A stretch of 64,000 bases of DNA from Promethearchaeota archaeon (GTDB lineage: Archaea; Asgardarchaeota; Lokiarchaeia; Sigyniarchaeales; SOKP01): NCBI GenBank assembly GCA_048939015.1, contig JBHLPW010000004.1, forward strand, positions 1 to 64,000, given 5' to 3'. The position numbers and the translations under genes were made by a program. Of this stretch, positions 59,555-64,000 are shown piece after piece. How positions within the stretch are numbered: the first letter of the stretch is position 1; each line of letters opens with the position of its first letter. The notes beneath the pieces are model-generated. The model saw only the letters and a program-made list of their open reading frames with translations. It was not told the origin of the DNA and ran no database searches.

Positions 59555-60223
59555 TTGAAAGTCACATTATCATTATGGGATACTGGAGGACAAGAACGGT
59601 TTGATTTTTTTAAAACAGACTTTTTTAAGGGAGTTGCAGTTCTAGGTTTGGTTTTTGATTTAAGTCGCCCAAATACCTTTGATAAAATAGATGACTATTT
59701 TAATGAAATTCGAGATAGATCTGGAAACATTCCGATTTTTTTAATAGGAAATAAAAACGATTTAAAACAAGATATTGGAGAGATAATACCAAGAGAAAAA
59801 ATTATTCAAAAATTAAATCAATATTATTTATTTGAATACGTAGAAACATCTGCTTTAGAGGATAAAAATGTAGAAAAATTGTTTTATAGATTTGCACTCA
59901 CTGCTTTACTCGATTTTAAACCTAGACTTGGTGAAATTGTTGATTCTAATCATTTTCGATTTAAAGTTTTACTCGCTGGTGCAGCAGCAGTAGGAAAATC
60001 TTCTTTAATAAGAACATTTACAAAAAAAAGCTTTGAACAAGATTATAAATTAACGATTGGTTTGGACTTCATGATACAGGATCTTGAAATTCATGATGAG
60101 GATATTCCCATTGAAACTCAAGAATTAATAAAGAAATCATCGAAAGGATACAAAAAATTAGTTAAAAAATATCGCAAAAGAGAAGAAATAACTGAAATGA
60201 TCGAAGTTCTAAAAGAAGCGTAA
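59555..60223 (+). CDS. Circularly permuted Rab-like small GTPase (G3-G4-G5-G1-G2)
   Basis: WDTGGQERF (aa 8-16), NKND (66-69), ETSAL (97-101), GAAAVGKS (142-149), YKLTIGLDF (164-172); GAGG upstream of the TTG start. Confidence 0.88.
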   Translation: MKVTLSLWDTGGQERFDFFKTDFFKGVAVLGLVFDLSRPNTFDKIDDYFNEIRDRSGNIPIFLIGNKNDLKQDIGEIIPREKIIQKLNQYYLFEYVETSALEDKNVEKLFYRFALTALLDFKPRLGEIVDSNHFRFKVLLAGAAAVGKSSLIRTFTKKSFEQDYKLTIGLDFMIQDLEIHDEDIPIETQELIKKSSKGYKKLVKKYRKREEITEMIEVLKEA

Positions 60224-60243
60224 GGATTTTTACTTGAAACTTA

Positions 60244-61239
60244 TTAAACAAAGTGTTTTTGACTTGCGATCATATCTGCTTCATGAACTAAATTGGCTAG
60301 TTCATTCATTTCTATAGGATAATATTTACTCCATTGACCGTGATGGAATATTATTGCTTTATATATATCATCATCATAAAATAAGATATCTTTATTTTTT
60401 CTAAGAACTGCTATTGCCTCTTCAACGTGGTGATGCCTACCCTCATAATTAAATTTTCTTACTATCTCTTCATGAACACGGTCTAATTCTTCGCGTTCTA
60501 CAATGATCTTAGATGAAAAATCCTTTTTTCTATAAGAATAATACGATATTTTTCCAAAATCGTGATATATTGCTGTTAAAACCGCTTTTTTAAGATCTAT
60601 TTGATCGATCATAGAATTACTCAATTTAAAGGTATAATTTGTTACTAATAAGATATGATCAAAAAGACCCCCTATATACCCTCCATGAAATCCTCTTAAG
60701 GCTGCTGGTAATTTTTTTGCTTCTTTCAAAATGTCTCTTAGAAATTCTTTTGTTGAATCAGAAAGTTCAATAAGATCAAAAAAGAAATCAAATCCCTTAT
60801 AATCGAAATTTATCTCCTTTTCAAGATCTTTATTTATAAAGTGGTTATAATCTGAAAAGTCAATATGATTACTCTGAAAAAGCTTGACTTTCTTCTCATC
60901 GAACTCTTTTAGAAACCAGTTAGCTAATGCTGAATCTTTTTTATTTAGAAGGTAAAAAAATTTTACGATATGTTTGCAAAATCTATTATTAGGTTTTTTT
61001 CTTGCTAAATAATCAGGACAATCATGATTAATAAAATTGTATAAAGTCTTCTGAGAAATATCAAAATTAATTTTATATGGAACTAATTTATTTCCTTGTA
61101 CTTCAGCCTCAATTATTCCATTTTCTTTATCAATTTTCAGAATTCTTATACAATCATCTGAAATGGATTTAGCGCGATCCAAAGTTTTTTTATCACTAAA
61201 AATCTTAAGCTTCTCTTCAAAGTTGTATTGATTAACCAT
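60244..61239 (-). CDS. SWIM-type zinc finger fused to a YhaM-like HD-domain phosphohydrolase
   Basis: AEVQG...Y, HDCPD...FCKH (SWIM variant); FHGGYIGGLFDH, YHDFGK, HHG, HEAD. Confidence 0.75.
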   Translation of the reverse strand: MVNQYNFEEKLKIFSDKKTLDRAKSISDDCIRILKIDKENGIIEAEVQGNKLVPYKINFDISQKTLYNFINHDCPDYLARKKPNNRFCKHIVKFFYLLNKKDSALANWFLKEFDEKKVKLFQSNHIDFSDYNHFINKDLEKEINFDYKGFDFFFDLIELSDSTKEFLRDILKEAKKLPAALRGFHGGYIGGLFDHILLVTNYTFKLSNSMIDQIDLKKAVLTAIYHDFGKISYYSYRKKDFSSKIIVEREELDRVHEEIVRKFNYEGRHHHVEEAIAVLRKNKDILFYDDDIYKAIIFHHGQWSKYYPIEMNELANLVHEADMIASQKHFV

Positions 61240-61361
61240 ATTTTTTATTATTAATTTTGAAAAATATTTAAACCAATAGTCTCATATTAATTTAAGTTTT
61301 TAAACCAAAAAAAATTAAATAATCATGTCCTTAATATTTTAAAAAATGTAAGGTGTGAAAT

Positions 61362-61574
61362 TTGAGTATTGAAGAACTGCAAGATGAAGTTGATAAATTA
61401 TTAGAAGAAATGGATGAACTTCAAGAAGTTTGTGATACACTCCCCCAATGTGATGAAGATGATGGCTGTGCTACATGTGAGACAAATAAAAAAATTGAAG
61501 CGCTTGAACAAAAAATTGAAGATCTAGAGAATAGAGTAGAAGCACTATTAGGCGAAGAAGAAGAAGAAGATTAA
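61362..61574 (+). CDS. Small acidic coiled-coil protein with a four-Cys loop
   Basis: Heptad helices flanking C-x5-C-x5-C-x2-C; AAGGTG RBS before TTG. Confidence 0.7.
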   Translation: MSIEELQDEVDKLLEEMDELQEVCDTLPQCDEDDGCATCETNKKIEALEQKIEDLENRVEALLGEEEEED

Positions 61575-61650
61575 TCAGATCTCCCATTTATATGATTAAA
61601 ATATAAAATTTATTTTTATTTCTTTTATCTCGTACTTTCTGAATCTTTAT

Positions 61651-62937
61651 TTATAGATTTTTAAATAGATATCTTAAATTTCTTGACATAATGAATTGTT
61701 GTATCTGTCTACTTCCTCCAATGATCTCTTGAATCCTCGAAATGTTTAAATGATCATGCATAAGGGTGTTATCACATAAACCTGCTCCGCCCATTAAGTT
61801 TGCTGATTCGTAGCATACTTTCTTAGAAAGCAAAGCACAATTATATTTATATTGGCTTCCTAGGGCAACAAATGCACGGGATATGTTATCTGGGAGTTTT
61901 CCTCCATATTTCTCCATTTTTTCATCATAACTTTCACAAAATTTCAAAATACCGTGTGTAAGAGCTGTAGTTTTGGCTAATAGATCTGTCAATGTAAATC
62001 CAACTCCTTGAAATAACAAAATTTCTTTATCAAATTGTTTTCTCATATTAGCATAAATAATTGCATGTGATAATGCTCCCCAACATTCACTTACACCTCT
62101 AACAGCAATAGAAATTCGTTCTGGTACCAATCCCTCAAAAAGATGTTCTCTTCCTTTACCGACAGGACCCAGTATATATTCTTTTGGTACTCTTAAATTT
62201 TCTAATCTTTCTTTTCCTAAGTATAATTTTGGAACCCAAGGTATTCCTACACGGTCACAATTCCATCCTTCCCAGCTTGTATCAATAAGAAACTGAGCCA
62301 TCAAGTTTCCATTATTCTGTTCTGCGGTTGCATACGCTACTGCCCATTTGGACTTCGGAGCATTAGTATTAAAAATTTTAGTTCCATTTAATAAAAATGA
62401 ACCGTCTTCCTGTTCCTCACATGTTGTTAGCATATGTACTGCATCAGACCCCCTCTCAGGTTCAGTAATTAATAAACATCCAGTGGTTTTTCCAGTTACT
62501 AAATCCTTTAATGCCTCTAGTCGTATTGGAATGTTTTCATGATGCTCATAAATAGGGTTAATACAAATTACAGTTGCACCACTTCCCATAGTAAACTGAG
62601 GATCGAAGAAATCCATTGCCAATATTCTCATAAAATCCATCGTCATCCCAAATTCCTTATATTTTAAATCAATGCAATCATAAGCATGTTGACGAGTAAT
62701 ATACCCTCGTTCACCAAAAGCAGGATACCACTCATAAATATCTTCCTCAGCGCCGTGGGTGATGTTATTTTCTTTTTCAAATTTTAAACAAAAATCCTGG
62801 ACTTCTTTAAGAAATGAAAATTGTTCTTCTGTAAGAATAAGAGATAAATTCTCATTAAGAAAATTGTATCTATTATGTAGTTTTAGTTTTTCCAGGATTT
62901 CATCATTAATAACTTGAGTTTCAAATTTTTTTTTCAT
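61651..62937 (-). CDS. Acyl-CoA dehydrogenase
   Basis: ITEPERGSD, LNGTKIFNTN, PERI, RKQF, MGGAG, IIGGSRQIQ; ATG 62937 preferred over GTG 62949. Confidence 0.92.
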   Translation of the reverse strand: MKKKFETQVINDEILEKLKLHNRYNFLNENLSLILTEEQFSFLKEVQDFCLKFEKENNITHGAEEDIYEWYPAFGERGYITRQHAYDCIDLKYKEFGMTMDFMRILAMDFFDPQFTMGSGATVICINPIYEHHENIPIRLEALKDLVTGKTTGCLLITEPERGSDAVHMLTTCEEQEDGSFLLNGTKIFNTNAPKSKWAVAYATAEQNNGNLMAQFLIDTSWEGWNCDRVGIPWVPKLYLGKERLENLRVPKEYILGPVGKGREHLFEGLVPERISIAVRGVSECWGALSHAIIYANMRKQFDKEILLFQGVGFTLTDLLAKTTALTHGILKFCESYDEKMEKYGGKLPDNISRAFVALGSQYKYNCALLSKKVCYESANLMGGAGLCDNTLMHDHLNISRIQEIIGGSRQIQQFIMSRNLRYLFKNL

Positions 62938-63130
62938 TTTAATATACACCCATCATTTATTATATAACTTTCAAAATATTTTATCTTCATATATTCTTTT
63001 GCATATTTTTAAAAATAAAAATATTTAAAGAATTTAAACGAATCTTCTAATGGAATATTAAGTTATATATAAAATGAAATTCTAATCTATAAATTATAAT
63101 TTGTAGTAATCAAATAAAGAGATGATTTAA

Positions 63131-64000
63131 ATGTCTGAAAAACAAAAGTTTGAGACACAAGTTATTAATGATGAAATTCTTGGGAAATTAAACCTTAAAA
63201 ACCGATACGCGTTTGTAAATAATAATTTAACTTCATTATTATCTCAAGATGAATTCAACTTTTTTCGAAAAGTTCAGCGGTTCTGTCTAAGGTTTGAGAA
63301 AAAAAATGAGATTACTCACGGTCCAGAAGAAGATGTGTATGAATGGATTCCTGCGTTTGGAGCTGAAGGTTTTATTACTCGTCAGCATGCTTTTGAAATG
63401 ATAGATGTAGATTATCCCGAATGGGGACTAGCAATGGATATGCTTCGAACAATCGTAGTTGATAACTTTGATCCTCAATTTTCAATGGCAGAAGGTGCTA
63501 CAGTATTGGCAATAAATCCAGTTTATGAGCATCATGAAAATATTCCTGTAAGATTGGAAGCTTTAAAAGAGTTAGTGACAGGTCACACTCCTGGAGCAAT
63601 TCTTATTACTGAACCTGAACGAGGTTCTGATGCGGTTCACCAGCTAACGACCTGCGAGGAACAAGGAGATGGCAGCTTCTTGTTAAATGGAGAAAAAGTG
63701 TTTAATACTAATGCCCCTAAATCCAAATGGGTAGTTGCTTATGCTACTGCGGAACAAAATAACGGAAATATGATGGCACAATTCTTGATAAATACAAATT
63801 GGGATGGTTGGAGATGTGAACGAGTTGGAATACCATGGGTCCCAAAAGTTTGGATAGGAAAAGAAATATTGACCAATCTAAGAGTTCCAAAAGAATTCAT
63901 ACTTGGTTCAGTTGGAAAAGGTCGTGAACATCTTTTTGAGGGATTGGTACCAGAACGAATAGCTATTGCATATGCTGCTATTGCACAGTGCTGGGGTGCC
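63131..64000 (+). CDS. Acyl-CoA dehydrogenase paralog, truncated by the window end and absent from the ORF track
   Basis: Translates MSEKQKFETQVINDEILGKL...ITEPERGSDAVH...LNGEKVFNTNAPKSKW...GLVPERIAIA; open to base 64000. Confidence 0.92.
   Translation, partial: MSEKQKFETQVINDEILGKLNLKNRYAFVNNNLTSLLSQDEFNFFRKVQRFCLRFEKKNEITHGPEEDVYEWIPAFGAEGFITRQHAFEMIDVDYPEWGLAMDMLRTIVVDNFDPQFSMAEGATVLAINPVYEHHENIPVRLEALKELVTGHTPGAILITEPERGSDAVHQLTTCEEQGDGSFLLNGEKVFNTNAPKSKWVVAYATAEQNNGNMMAQFLINTNWDGWRCERVGIPWVPKVWIGKEILTNLRVPKEFILGSVGKGREHLFEGLVPERIAIAYAAIAQCWGA

Noticed and set aside
5160-60223. ICMT-like methyltransferase, CPBP (Rce1-like) protease and small GTPases as a proto-CAAX processing pathway
   Set aside because: The genes are far apart, both enzyme families are widespread in prokaryotes, and neither GTPase has a C-terminal Cys (they end RTVA and LKEA).
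25-62542. Short ORFs in the track that overlap longer genes (e.g. 25-294, 4767-4991, 12113-12472, 13537-13890, 31511-31909, 32339-32788, 47321-47620, 52208-52519)
   Set aside because: Antisense or alternate-frame shadows of well-supported genes, with no motifs of their own.
1-64000. CRISPR arrays, transposases, rRNA genes
   Set aside because: No regularly spaced repeats, transposase motifs or long GC-rich rRNA-like stretches seen by eye.

Overview
AT-rich, gene-dense chromosomal segment of an archaeon, most likely an Asgard archaeon of the Lokiarchaeia. This is inferred from Rab-like small GTPases, CDC48, archaemetzincin, CdhD, an FwdF-like polyferredoxin, a tRNA with a BHB-type intron and GGTGA-type RBSs; no database search was possible. 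It holds about 58 CDSs: an iron/oxidative-stress pair (VIT1 and rubrerythrin), surface proteins, a GH2, an ABC exporter, two large sensor kinases and a stand-alone receiver, an orphan m6A DNA methyltransferase, a heat-shock cluster (hsp20-cdc48-Phr/HSR1-like regulator-zincin), DAP lysine genes (dapA, dapB, dapF, lysA), cdhD, tusA/dsrE/LysR, an Hrq1-like helicase, AOR and paired acyl-CoA dehydrogenases. There is also one intron-containing tRNA-Pro(TGG). No CRISPR array, rRNA, integrase or transposase was seen. The most notable observations are: (1) a stand-alone, circularly permuted Rab-like GTPase with motif order G3-G4-G5-G1-G2 (59555-60223); (2) an unannotated C/D-box/kink-turn RNA candidate enclosed in a 21-bp terminal inverted repeat (33338-33495); (3) four genes whose conserved N-termini need ATT/ATC/ATA start codons; (4) a decayed duplicate of the fwdF-like 3' end that marks a gene insertion; (5) a tRNA intron at non-canonical position 25/26.
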